64,000 nt of DNA from Catajapyx aquilonaris (lineage: Eukaryota): NCBI GenBank assembly GCA_000934665.2, contig KZ538868.1, positions 1-64,000 on the forward strand, read 5' to 3'. Positions within the stretch are counted from its first letter, which is position 1. Every line of letters begins with the position of its first letter. Below, one piece after another: positions 13,033 through 25,180 of the stretch. Position numbers and translations under genes: made by a program. The notes under the pieces were generated by a model. That model was not told the origin of the DNA. It worked only from the letters and a program-made list of their open reading frames with translations, and searched no databases.

Positions 13033-13162
13033 GGAGGCCCACGACCTCATTCGCCACGCAGCCAGTTTTGGAATTCCAGAAGCCAAGGCTGCCCTTCAGC
13101 ACATCTGCAGCAAGGGGTACTGCATCAACCAAGACGAGGAAAAAGACGAGGACGAAGATTAA
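13033..13162 (+). CDS. Transmembrane Sel1-like repeat protein, exon 4
   Basis: Acceptor ccgtttag; EAHDLIRHAASFGIPEAKAALQHICSKGYC...EEKDEDED*. Total 213 aa. AATAAA at 13294-13299. Confidence 0.85.
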
Positions 13163-14829
13163 TCACGAACATCAAGCACATATTATGATTATGAAATCAT
13201 ATTATACGTATTTCCGGACATGTATAAGTCCTCATTACTGAACCATATTGCAGAGGTTATTTTTCACACAATGAGTGAGTTATTGTCACGACAAATAAAT
13301 ATCCAAGTTTTAAGTATATCCTATTCGTATTATCACCTCATGTATTATTATAGCAGTATTAGACAGCACTTGTCAGAATCCTTATACAACAGATGTTCAG
13401 CAGAAAAGGCTATAATGTAACAATATGGTATATTTCGAAAGGGAAGAAAGTGCGCAATAACCCTCAAGGGCTATGCTCTTCATATCTTGGGAATGTAGAA
13501 AAATTCTATTGTTAACTGGAACTCAAATGAAGGCAAGGTGAGGTCAGGCAATTACATATTGGTAGATGCAATAACAATCGCTTTGCTTTCATACAGTGGA
13601 CGAGTGGAGTGCCGCATGTTTTCCGTACCGGTATATAGGCTGACAAAAGTAGCCTACACTAAAAAATCTTTCAAGGCCACGCAAAAAATGCATTAGTATT
13701 TTGGACAAGATTTCGTGTGTTCGTGATCTGTTATGAGAAGTTTTAGCGGCAGTTCAAGTTGGCCAATATATCTACTATATAGCATAAATCCCATCAGAAC
13801 TGAGTTGGCCACTCGCGTCATCAGGTGGTGTGACGTAGCCTACTGTACTACGTGTGTCCTGCTGTAATCACATATAAGCCCAATCACGAATATGGACTGC
13901 TATATGCTTCCTTCTGGAAAATGATCAGCCTTATCATAATTATAGGTGTAGCATATAATTACAGTAGGGCCTACACAAGCATCCGAGAGAAGCAGTCTCC
14001 ATCACTGAGTGATATAATTACCTAATTACTATCACCATCATCAGGTTCCTCCTTGTATATATTGTATTGGCTGACTTCTGATAGCACGCAACTACCATAC
14101 GGTTAAGCTATCTGACTACTTACGGTGTATGATATACCAGGAGTGTAATATTTCTCTTGTTATAACTATTAGTAGCCTGATCATTGCACTTGATTGAGTT
14201 GCCTACTGAAACTACAATGCATTATGCAACTTGTTCATATTGTAATTTGAAATGTTTTGAAACAAAATAAGAGTATTTGCGCAACTTCCGAATTCCTTCA
14301 GAGGGAATATACTCGGGTGCAATAAATGTGTCTCGTAATATTCACTCCTAAAAGTGCAATATAGTCTAATATAGAGCGAGCGTATTTAGCGTGGTTTCTG
14401 TGAATAGAGGCCTTATTGTGATTCGCTGCAAAAGGCACAGTCTGCAAAGGTAGTGTATTTGGGATGGCGTTAATGTAAATAGAAATATACCCCAGCGTCA
14501 CCTAGTCATCCCAACCCACCCAGGGTGAGTATAATTATTATTATCGTATGTACAGCAGCTAGTATACGGTATATTTGTCAGCTGGTGTGTTTGTCATATA
14601 AACTTCCTACATGGAAGAGAGACAAGGCGTGATTCATCATTTGTGCTTATCCGCCGGACTCAACCTTGCGACAAGCAAATGAGAGATTGAGAGCCATGGA
14701 CCGGGAACAAAATTAGTACTGCGTGCAGTACATTGCAGGATGTGGCATATCAGAGTCTGATGGAGACGTGGCAACCCCGCGCCCGGATGTCTCTCCCCCT
14801 CGAATGCCTTCCCTCCGGAGGGATGTCCG

Positions 14830-15173
14830 GAATAAAATCGATTCACAGCTGAGTGGGCGATGATATCGATGCAGCAGGCAGTTTCTCATTGGCTGGAAGA
14901 GGAGTGTGGTGGAGTCGGAGTGGAGACAGGGACGAGAGGTGGGAAGTTGTGGTCGGCTTTTGCTCGGCCGGTCTCAAACAGGCAGAGCAGCACTGCAGCA
15001 GACACCACTCACACCAGAGACCAGACGGACTGGTGTTGGGAGGGTGTGGGTCAAGCCGGCTCCGTACCACACACCACACATCACTCTGGGCCCGGCGGAG
15101 CACGCAAGCAGGGCATCTCAGTCGACCTTCCTTGCCGGTGACGGACGGATGACACCAGCCCACTCGCCGCTTG
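14830..15173 (+). promoter_or_regulatory. Probable UGDH promoter and 5' UTR exon
   Basis: GC-rich block with DRE-like tatcgat near 14864. Candidate donors at 15174 and 15179; acceptor atttcag at 15427, 3 nt before the ATG. Confidence 0.45.
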
Positions 15174-15430
15174 GTTAGGTTGCCTGGAATAAGGCTCCGC
15201 ACACCTTGGATATAACCTCTGCTGGGATCAAACTCATACTGGGGTAATGCTGCATACACATTTCAGAAGAGGATAAACACCTAAAGGCATATAACCACAC
15301 ATCCAGGATTTACATACCTCTCTTTATTTCCATGCAAATAGATCTCCATGTGTTGATCTCTCAGGGAGTTATGAAAGGGACAGGTGGTCTATTGGGCATT
15401 AACGAGTCATCATTAATCCGATTTCAGGCC

Positions 15431-15589
15431 ATGGCAATCAAGAATGTGTGCTGCATCGGTGCAGGGTACGTGGGCGGTCCAACCTGCAGTGTCATTGCCC
15501 TGAAATGTCCAAACATCACCGTCACTGTGGTGGACAAGAGCATTGAGAGGATAGCACAATGGAACTCGGACAGATTGCCCATTTATGAG
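15431..15589 (+). CDS. UGDH: UDP-glucose 6-dehydrogenase (sugarless), coding exon 1
   Basis: [23 protein letters not shown]ossmann motif ...LPIYE; donor GAG|gtgagg. Confidence 0.97.
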
Positions 15590-16108
15590 GTGAGGAAATG
15601 CTTTCTGAAAAAAAAAAGTTTCTCAGCCACATAAGTTAGAAATTATAGAGCATCATCATAATGGAGGAGAGATTTTATTAAAAGCCATTAGTATGCTTCA
15701 GGCATGTTCCTCGGAGGAACAAGCCACACCTACTATGCCACACCTAAAGGGTTATTTATGGAGCGTTTGGGAGACCAGCCATTTGGTAGTGAATTTCCCA
15801 CAAATTACAAAAGATTTTGTTGGATGTATAATATAAGAGTCTCTCATAACAGTCATAATTGTCTGTTTACAGTTTGATAGCCAATTTGACGACAACATAT
15901 TGTAAAGTGAGTCATGGGAAAACTACAGACAAATATTTTCTCCCATTATGATGAATAAAATACATAGTCATGTGAAAGGACGACTACATGTAAGTGAAAT
16001 TCAAGATATACTCCCAGGGAGTGTACTTATATCACATTAACTTATACGTAAAGCCATTTGCAAAGTCAGCATTATTGCTATGCTTGCTAAGCTCATAGTC
16101 AGTGTATA

Positions 16109-16502
16109 CAGGGTGGTCCAACTTCAAGTGTCGTTTTATAATGGCGATTAATAGCAGTGATTTTGCGATGACGTAGCAGAGACGTGTAAAATGTCCCACT
16201 TCGGCGCCATCGAAAATATTAGCTGCCAATAGCAGCACGCACGTAATCAACCCTGCTGCTGGGTTGACCTGGAAAAAAGGAGGTGCACACATGACCTGCG
16301 ATGCGCCTGGGTGAAATGGGTGACGCCCAAGGCACCAGATGGACCATGGACCTGTAATGCAAGGGGGAAGCCTGCAAATGAAACACAGCTAATATTTTCG
16401 ATGGCGCTGAAATGGGCCATTTTACACGTGGCTGCTACGATAATCGTAAAGCGCTTCTATTAATAGCCGTTATAAAACGACACTTGAAGTTGGACCACCC
16501 TG
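16109..16502. mobile_element. Tc1/mariner-type MITE, ~117-bp TIRs
   Basis: TA|cagggtggtccaacttcaagtgtcgttttataa ... ttataaaacgacacttgaagttggaccaccctg|TA. Confidence 0.88.
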
Positions 16503-16764
16503 TATGTCACTCTCAGCCGCTTCAATATTTTACAAACCATTATTTTAACCTTTGATATATTCTTCTACCAAATGACGCACAGAATTCCACTATGCTTCTC
16601 AGAAAGGGCAGAAAAACATGGAAAAACATGCTTCATGACGTAATGTTGGTGTGAATGGTTGCCTCATCTATGATGGATTTAGGTTGCACGTATTACTTGA
16701 CAACAAAGGTTCATTCAAGGACGATGGACTTCCCAATACCCCTGCCTGCAAACTAGGCAAGGGC

Positions 16765-16768
<4 letters not shown>

Positions 16769-16821
<53 letters not shown>
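16769..16821. repeat. (GA)n microsatellite next to an assembly gap
   Basis: Direct reading; N run at 16823-16852 followed by poly-C. Confidence 0.95.
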
Positions 16822-16822
<1 letters not shown>

Positions 16823-17353
16823 NNNNNNNNNNNNNNNNNNNNNNNNNNNNNNCCCCCCCCCCCCCCCCCCCCTTCCTGTTAACTGGAAAGGTCATTGGAA
16901 TTGAAGGAATGTAGTCAAGGTCACTCCCTGGGTCTGCGATGACCACAATTACCTTGCCAGTGGCAATAGCTTTAGGGGTGGGGAAAGGTAGATATATCAT
17001 GAGAGGTCCTTCACTCCTGCTTTTTAAAGACATAAGACCACTGACCTTCAGAAGGGGAGAAAAAGTGGTCAGGTAACAAAGTTGCCAAGATGCTGGAAGT
17101 TTCGTGGAATTAATTGCTTTAATTGAAATATGCTGTACAAAGTTCTCTTCCTTGTAATGGACATCTATTGTTACAGTGTAATAATATTATTTCTCTTTCT
17201 CTCCCCTCCATTTCACTGCCTTGTTCTTCCCTTCCCTAAACCTCTCCCCTTCCAATTCCACCCAACTGGATTCTCTGTTTTTTTTGACATCAGAATTCCT
17301 ATGAATACAAATGCCAAAGATGAAGACAGCCTGCAATTCAGTCACAACATCTC

Positions 17354-17584
17354 CAGGGGTCGAAATATTCAGATGCAAAGGTGCAATTTGCACTCCATAA
17401 TTGTCATCTGCACTCCAAACTGAGCCTTGGAGTGCAAAGTTTGCATTCCAATTGGCTCTGCTTTTAAACATGGCTATACCCAGTAATTAAAAATTAAGCA
17501 CTCCACGTAAGCGATTTGCACTCCAGATTAAAGTCTGGAGTGCAAACTTTGCATCTGGACAAAAATTTTAATACTCGACCCGTG
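17354..17584. mobile_element. Putative hAT-like MITE with internal TGCACTCC repeats
   Basis: Imperfect TIRs caggggtcgaaatatt / aatactcgacccgtg and repeated subterminal motif in both orientations. No clean target-site duplication. Confidence 0.5.
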
Positions 17585-19238
17585 TACATTAGGGTGGATC
17601 GCACTTGTATGGAGAAAAAATATATGTTATTAATCAAAACCTACCTATGCGAAAAAGATGTTCTATGGTATGGAGATGAAGAAAAAAATTTAAACAAATA
17701 TATATTTTTAGGGTTTAACACTGCCGCACGGGGGTTGAATTTTCGGGGAAAAATTGGAAAAGGTTCTCTTTTGGTTACATGATTTGAGACTCCAAATAAT
17801 TGTTTTTCTGCAATATAAATAGCATAACAGCATGCCACCTATCTGAATATCAATTTACATTGGCGATCTGCCAATGGGGGCTGTGGGAGATGGAAATATG
17901 TTCTCCATCGAATGATACAGACAGCCTTCAAAAATGACTGCAGCTGTGTGAAAGTATGATTTGACGAACATATGGTGGCACATGTCTTGCTTACATGGAT
18001 GCACTTTTTCTGCATGACTAGTATTGCAGAATATCTAAGCCATTTTAAATATTCAGGGTGAAGGGAAACTAGTTTTGGCTGCCATTGTGTAGTTAATGCG
18101 TATGGCGTCTTCAAAGTTTCGTGACGTCACATCTGCTCCACCTGTTTCAAAAAGCAAAAGTCAGCTCGAGGACCTCCAAATAATCCGGCCTTGGTCCGCT
18201 AACTCATTGTCCATGTGCAATAGGCTATAAAATCTCGTCCGATTAAGAAGCTGGGTACGACACCGATGCACTCTGTTGTTTTTACCTCATATTTTACCAC
18301 CTGGCCCTCTACACTTTAAGGGCGCCGTACGCATTAAGGGCGCCGGATGCCTCTGCGATTTTTGAGAATTGTGGGCGAAAGTTGGCCGAGTCACAGGTGC
18401 AGCAAAACGCTGCAGCCGCGACTCTGCCTTTGCACCGCCGATGCGGGTGTCTCGCTGGATGTACGGACCTGAAATTTTCACGGCATGGCGAGGAAGGGCC
18501 AATTGAGGGCCCCGACGGAGTTTCAATCCATTAGAATAATAATTTCGAGATCTACAAGGGGAGGAGTTTTTTAAAAATGGCTCACGACATCTTGGCTCCG
18601 GATTCGAAATTGGGAAATATCTCGACAGTGTGCAATGGCAAAAGTTGTCCTCCCTTACTCCTCCAAAGCATGATTAATTTGAGCTATTGGTTTTTGCACA
18701 GCTATTTAAACGGTTTTACCACCTCACCTCGTAAAATCGGCAGAGAATTTCAAACGTAGAACAGTTGGTTCCCTCCTGCCTTAGTTTAATACAAGCAGCA
18801 AGGACACGTCACTTTTTTCTTAATCTGGTCAACTATTGTAAATGCACTTTTAGTAGCATTTTTGAATTCCACAATGTGAATAACCTACTGTATATTTACA
18901 TGTTAGATTTTCCCCAATCCTGGAGGGATAATGAAGTCGGATCTTGTAACCTTCCTGAATGTGCATCACCGGACATCAGGGCAGGTGGGATGTTATAGGC
19001 AAATGTAGGTCACCGACATCATGGAATTTAAAATGCTGTAAATATGTAAAGATAATCATATTTGCAATACTTGACCAGATTAAGAAACAAGGTTAGTTCC
19101 CAAGTTGTGGCACAGGATACAAGTTGCCTGCACTTTCAAGGCTATGGGCCTAATTGTGCTTACTGGAACACAGACTGGTTGATTTGTTGTCAGCTCAGTG
19201 AACAGCTTACGTAAAACATGCTCTGCTTGTCTTTTCAG

Positions 19239-19541
19239 CCTGGACTAGATGAAGTGGTGAAGGAATGCAGAGGCCGCAACCTCTTCTTCTCCACTGACAT
19301 GGATTCTACCATCAAGGAAGCTGATCTAATATTCATCTCAGTCAACACTCCTACGAAGACTTTTGGTATAGGGAAGGGACGTGCTGCAGACCTCAAGTAT
19401 GTGGAATCAGCTGCCCGTAAGATTGCGGAGGTTAGCACAGGTTACAAGATTGTTGTGGAGAAGAGCACTGTACCAGTTCGAGCTGCGGAGAGCATCATGA
19501 ATGTTTTGAAAGCCAACACACGCCCAGATGTCCAGTATCAG
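19239..19541 (+). CDS. UGDH: UDP-glucose 6-dehydrogenase, coding exon 2
   Basis: [20 protein letters not shown]...ISVNTPTK...[13 protein letters not shown]; flanked by cttttcag and CAG|gtatac. Confidence 0.97.
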
Positions 19542-19564
19542 GTATACAGTGGTATACAGTAATA

Positions 19565-20348
19565 CAGTGGGGGCTCATACTTCGAACACCCCTAACTTCG
19601 AACGTTCCAGAGTTCGAACACTAATTTTGAGATAAATTTGATGTGGAGTTCGAACGATGATGCTAAGTTCGAACTGCACTCATGGTGAAAAAAATGTACT
19701 CGCTGCGTAAACGTCATCATTCTGTTGTGCGCCCAAGTCGTCTCTCGCTCTTGCTGTGAAAGCATTTCTGCGTTACTCTCATGTGTTTTCAGTATTTTTA
19801 TAGCTTTATTGTTGGTGGGTTTGGTGATACAGTACTAGCATGGGACCAATTCTTCGCACCTGGGACTGATAAATGAAAGAAGTTAGTAAAACCTGCATAA
19901 ACTGCATAGTGAGCTAAGCCAGAGGGAGGGTAAATCTGGTGTGTAGATCAGATATTCTGTATGAAACTTGTGATATCAAAGTATTTAGCTGTAAACGAGG
20001 TTTTTGTTGCCTTTGTAGACTTAGAGAAAGCCTATGACACAGTAAGTAGGGAAGGTTTGTGGGAAGTTCTGAGTCTCGATGGTGTGAAGGGTCACCTGTT
20101 GGAGGCTGTAAAGTCATTGCATGAAGAGAGTCGAGTATGCGTTAGAACTAGTGGGGGTTTCTCTGACTGGTTTAACATTAGTGTTGGGTTAAGCAGGGTT
20201 GTGTCATGTGTTTAAGTTCATAGAAATAGGTATTGTTTAGGATCTGGGAACGAATTAATTCACTTTCCAGTATTTCTTATGGGAAAAACTTATTCGGACT
20301 TCGAACGATCTCCTGGAACAAATTCAGTTCAAGTACGAGGCACCACTG
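19565..20348. mobile_element. Tigger/pogo-like non-autonomous DNA transposon
   Basis: TA|cagtgggggctcatacttcgaac ... gttcaagtacgaggcaccactg; repeated ttcgaac subterminal motifs. Confidence 0.7.
19915..20212 (+). mobile_element. RTE-like LINE reverse transcriptase fragment nested in the Tigger-like element
   Basis: CVDQIF, VAFVDLEKAYDTVSREGLWEVL, GVKGHLLEAVKSL and SDWFNISVGL match non-LTR RT motifs; degenerate. Confidence 0.8.
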
Positions 20349-20542
20349 CATAAGGATTGCCATTGATTCCAGGCCATGTAAATTGTAGTGGAATGAGAAA
20401 ACACATTGGCACATACTGTAGTTTCTGAGTAACTCTATAAAATTATATGGCATCTTGATTGGACAAAATATGACCAATTATTATTGCCTTTAACCTGTCA
20501 TTATCATATTAAAAAGTTAATCATGAAACCATATTCTTACAG

Positions 20543-20888
20543 GTCCTGTCAAATCCAGAGTTTCTAGCAGAGGGTACAGCTGTGAATGATCTGGTCAATG
20601 CTGACAGGGTTCTTATTGGAGGAGAAGAGACTCCTGAGGGTCGGAAGGCGGTGGAGCAGCTAAGTTGGCTGTACCAACACTGGATTCCAAGGGAGCGAAT
20701 TATTACAATGAACACATGGTCCTCCGAGCTATCAAAACTGGCTGCCAATGCCTTCCTGGCACAGAGGATTTCCAGCATAAATGCTCTGTCTGCAGTGTGT
20801 GAAGCTTCAGGAGCTGACATATCAGAAGTGGCCAAGGCTATTGGGATGGATTCCAGGATAGGTCCCAAGTTTCTACAGGCCTCAGTGG
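20543..20888 (+). CDS. UGDH: UDP-glucose 6-dehydrogenase, coding exon 3
   Basis: [13 protein letters not shown]...[22 protein letters not shown]...[11 protein letters not shown]; donor G|gtgtgt. Confidence 0.97.
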
Positions 20889-22083
20889 GTGTGTACACTT
20901 ATTTACGATGAATTCTACTGCATTTGTCAGTTACAAAGCATACAAAGCAACATAAATTATGGCACTATGCTAAGAGAAAGTGTGCCATATATGTTAGGAG
21001 GTTTGGCCACCACAAGTTGTTACATACATTTTGCTGCAGTAATGTCCATGATGAAAAGTGACAGAACAATATAATGTGGTGAAATCTCCATCTGTCAATC
21101 CCAGATGTATAATTTTATTGGATTGATTGTTCAATTTTTATAGTCCCCTAATTAATCCTAGTAAAACAATGGGAAGGATATAAACCCTCATCTATCATTT
21201 CTTGATTTATTGTTTTCCCACATCTATCAATCAGAATTATTAGTCCCAAAGAATGTGAATCCCGGAGTGATCATTTTTAAGGGATAACAAAATTAAGAAC
21301 TCACAAATGTTAGAACACATGTAGTAATAATATAAGGTAATGTTTTTGGAATGTGATGTAGCAAGTATTAGCAGTTTGGACTGTGTCAAGTTAGACTGTA
21401 CTATGTTGCATGCATCGTAAGGTATGATCGCAAGCTTGTGAGAACTGGTGTTTTTGAGCGAATTGAAAGCATTTTAGGGTGGGTGAGAAGTCAAAAGGAA
21501 GAATGGGATGGGAGAATGTTATTGGCTTCTCATGCTCGCTGTGACCAATTCTCCCCAGCTTGTGAACACACTTTTACCTGCCAGACAACAAGCTGGAGGG
21601 GCAAGATGGTGATGGTGGTGATATAACAATAAAGCCAAGCCCAAATTAATGCTGAGTTTTTCTGAAGCAATTTGTGCTTTTGAGTCCATGAGACTGTTTT
21701 TGTATGCTCATAACATCACTAAAACCAATCAAACATTATTAATTATAAATATTAAGGGTTTATTATTCAGTTTATAAAGGGAAAGTGCTACTATTAGTTG
21801 CTTTACAACAAAGTAACACAGACTGGACTTGACAGTGGAAAATAACATTGGTGTTGTTTGCTGTCGAAAATATGTACAGGCAAATGTGACTTTTTACACA
21901 GTATAGGCCACAGCATTTAATGTTCTTCCACGTCCATCACTTTCTTCCATAGGTCCCAACGAACATAATGACTCGAGGTTTCACTGTATGCTTGTCAGAA
22001 TGGTGTTCCTGCACCTGTGATATCATTTTTGTCAAATCCCGCTTGTAAAAACCTTGTGTTATTGTAATGTTATATGTTCACAG

Positions 22084-22547
22084 GTTTTGGTGGCAGTTGT
22101 TTCCAGAAGGACATCTTGAACTTGGTATACATCTCTGAGTGCCTGAATCTACCTGAAGTAGCTGCTTATTGGCAGGGAGTAATTGACATCAATGAGTACC
22201 AGAAGTCACGCTTTGCTGGGCGTGTGGTGGAGAGCCTGTTCAACACTGTTACTGGAAAGCGCATTGCACTTCTTGGATTTGCCTTCAAGAAGAACACTGC
22301 TGACACCAGGGAAAGCCCTGCCATTCATGTTTCTCGCTATTTGCTAGAGGAAGGAGCCTTCTTACGGGTTTATGACCCTAAGGTTGAGCCCATCCAGATC
22401 ATGCGTGATTTGGCACAAGAGATGCCTCAGGAGGCACATGAAGGGGATGGAGATTTGCATAGATTGGTGTCTGTGCATAGTGACCCCTATGATGCCGCAA
22501 CGCAAGCTCATGCCCTGGTCATATGTACTGAGTGGGATGAATTTCTG
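22084..22547 (+). CDS. UGDH: UDP-glucose 6-dehydrogenase, coding exon 4
   Basis: [10 protein letters not shown] (catalytic Cys), [25 protein letters not shown]; donor CTG|gtaagt. Confidence 0.97.
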
Positions 22548-22670
22548 GTAAGTTTGTATCGTGAGTATACACCCTGGGAAATAAAGCATAGTCTGGGGAA
22601 TTATTGCACGCCTTAGACCTGCCCCTTTTTTGCATTTATGGGGTACCAGCTGCTGGTGAACTTCTATTTA

Positions 22671-23388
22671 TCCTCCTGAGACCCGAGAAGAATTGAGTAA
22701 CGCAGTGTCAGTTCCTATTGCATTTTCTGAACATATTCCTACTAAGAAACGAGAAAAAAAATTATAGTTCTAAAATATTGACATTTATTTTTATTTTTAT
22801 TTATTTTCATACCCCGTGCTCAGGCGTACGCCTGTATTGGGGGACACATGCACACCCATTTTTTTTTGCAGTTTACTTTTGTAATTACAAATTTGGCAAA
22901 TTATCAGATGTTTAGAGGTTCCCGGATTACATTGAAAAGTTGATTCTTTTATTTACATTGTGAAAAAAAGCATATAAACAGAAAATTTGGTTTTTTGTTA
23001 ATCCTTCCAAAAGGAAACGAAAAAGTGTAGGGGGGTAAGAGGGGAGGTTGTACAAATTAATTTTTCTCGGCGTGTCGAAATATCTGCATTCGTATATTAT
23101 GTGATGTGCTGTTAACGGTTCTTGCATATTACACCATTCACAGAAAACCTCGTCATACAGCTTTATGGAGTCTTTCTTTAAACGTAGATATTTTCAAATA
23201 TTGACATAAATAATGACAAACAACCAATGAGAACAGTACAACCCAATTGCTGCTACAAAAGCAGAACAGATGAAAGCTGATAATTTAAATGCCACTTGAT
23301 GGATCACTAACATAGTGCTCTATCCTCCAAACAATGTTTTTTAAATTCATTTGTGGAATTCATGATAGCAATTCGTCTCAGCAGTCAA
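22671..23388. mobile_element. Possible degenerate piggyBac-like MITE hosting the LINE fragment
   Basis: ttta|tcctcctgagac ... gtctcagcagtcaa|ttaa: weak TIR with TTAA-like flanks. Confidence 0.3.
22785..23195 (-). mobile_element. 5'-truncated LINE 3' end (ORF2 C-terminal CCHC knuckle, 3' UTR, A-rich tail)
   Basis: FCEWCNMQEPLTAHHIIYEC motif; (TAAAAA)n tail; perfect 12-bp target-site duplication aaatattgacat at 22773-22784 and 23196-23207. Confidence 0.85.
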
Positions 23389-24752
23389 TTAAAGATAAAC
23401 TGCAATTATTTTTGAACGCCACCACTCCAGGCATGGGGCTTGCTCCTTCCCTTCTTACCCCCTAGAATGGTATACCTTACTATTCTAGATTTTAAAACTG
23501 AACTGTAGTGCAAAGCACACTTCCTTGTGGGTGTATAGGTACACGCACTTAAAGAAAAGTCACCGCTCATTCAGCTAAAAAAACTTTATCCGGATGACCA
23601 TTTAAATGGACATTTGTTCTCAGAAAGAAAACAAAATTACCAGTTCTCTACAGCAACAAAGATTGTCACATACACATCTTTCCGTATTTCCTAATACACA
23701 TTCCTTGCGAATCCCAGGACATTCACTGCATTGCGAAAATCGCACTCTAAACATGAGTAGAAGAATAATACTTAATCAGATGAGCGCCTAACTTCAGCAG
23801 CAGCATCCGCCATTTTCATGAGTACCGGTAATTTAATTTTCGCGGCCCAAGTCAGATATTGGACACTAGGTGGCTACACCTATTGAGGCCAGATTGTAAT
23901 CATGGGATACCAACAGATTACAGTCCTGCTGGCATCACCAGTTGGCGCCAATTTTTTTTTGCTGATGACGACATGAAGTGTCAGGAGGTTATAGTAATAT
24001 GTCAATGTGGAAAATTTTTCAGTAGCAGTTCATTCACTCCATCCAATAATCCTGAATTGACTCATTTCATTTCTTGCAGTATTTTTTTGAATCTAAATTT
24101 ATTTTTACTATTTTGGTTTTGGTGCATAGTTGTGTACAAACGTGGGTGGCCATAAATATATTAACTTTTTGTTTTTTGGGGGTAACTTTTTCCGAGCGAT
24201 CCAATTGAGCTGAAATTTGAACATGCTATCCACAATGGCATTTAAAGAGAATATGTAAGATTTGAAGAATTTCTGAGTTGGAGAAGAAAAGTAAACAATG
24301 TTTTTGTTTATTTTCTCACGTACTTCAAAATTAAACAAAATTTTCAACAACTATAACATTCTGAAAACTTGACCAAATGCTACAAAACTTGACAAGCTAA
24401 TCACTCCCATCTTGTACTTGGTTTGGTAACCCTTGGCGTCGATGACACATGACAGTTTGACATAGGTGAGGCATTCAAGCGACCAACTTGTCCAACACCG
24501 ATTGTGAGATCATCTTCCACTCTACCGCCAGTTGGTTGTACTTATGGGTGGTACTGGATGCTTTTTTGTTCTTTAGATGACATCCCAGATCCTTCCATAA
24601 GTGCTCTATTGGATTGGGGTCCGGAGATCAGCTTGGCCAGTCCATTATGGCCACCCTCTACTGATGCACCCAAGTGCAGATGAACGCGGAAGAGTGCTTT
24701 GGGTCGTTGTCATACTGGTACAGGAGAGATTTGCCCAAAGCACTCCTTGCTT

Positions 24753-24784
24753 CTTCTTCTTCTTTTTTTTTTGCATTACCCCAC

Positions 24785-24880
<96 letters not shown>

Positions 24881-25180
24881 GGGGGGTGGATTACCACCAT
24901 CACCACCATCAGGATTTTTTTTGGAGCGAGTTAAGAATAATCTTATTAGTATACTCCAAGGTAGTTAGGAGGGGATGTGCAAAGTGCGTGTGCGCGGGCG
25001 AGTAGTGGTCATTTTGTGAACTCCCCCGAGTGGTTTAGTCTATCGGAAATTGCCACCCGAAACGAAGCCAGAGATGGCCCAACTCTGCACGAAAGAAGGT
25101 GGGAACCCCGGGTGGGGATTGAACCCGGGACCTTAACTTCCGTGGGCGCGCGTGTTACCGTGGCGCCACTCCGTCTCCCT
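24753..25180 (-). mobile_element. tRNA-headed SINE with internal (TA)n and A/(GAA)n tail, inserted in the Tc1 arm
   Basis: A box (gtggcgccacgg) and B box (ggttcaatccc); homologous to 60617-60830. 13-bp target-site duplication gcactccttgctt (24740-24752) / gcactctttgcat (25181-25193). Confidence 0.85.
24792..24878. repeat. (TA)n microsatellite
   Basis: Direct reading. Confidence 0.95.

Noticed and set aside
17590..18760. Probable decayed DNA-transposon pieces (tagggtggatcg start, taagggcgcc repeats)
   Set aside because: No matching second end or coding remnant could be established.
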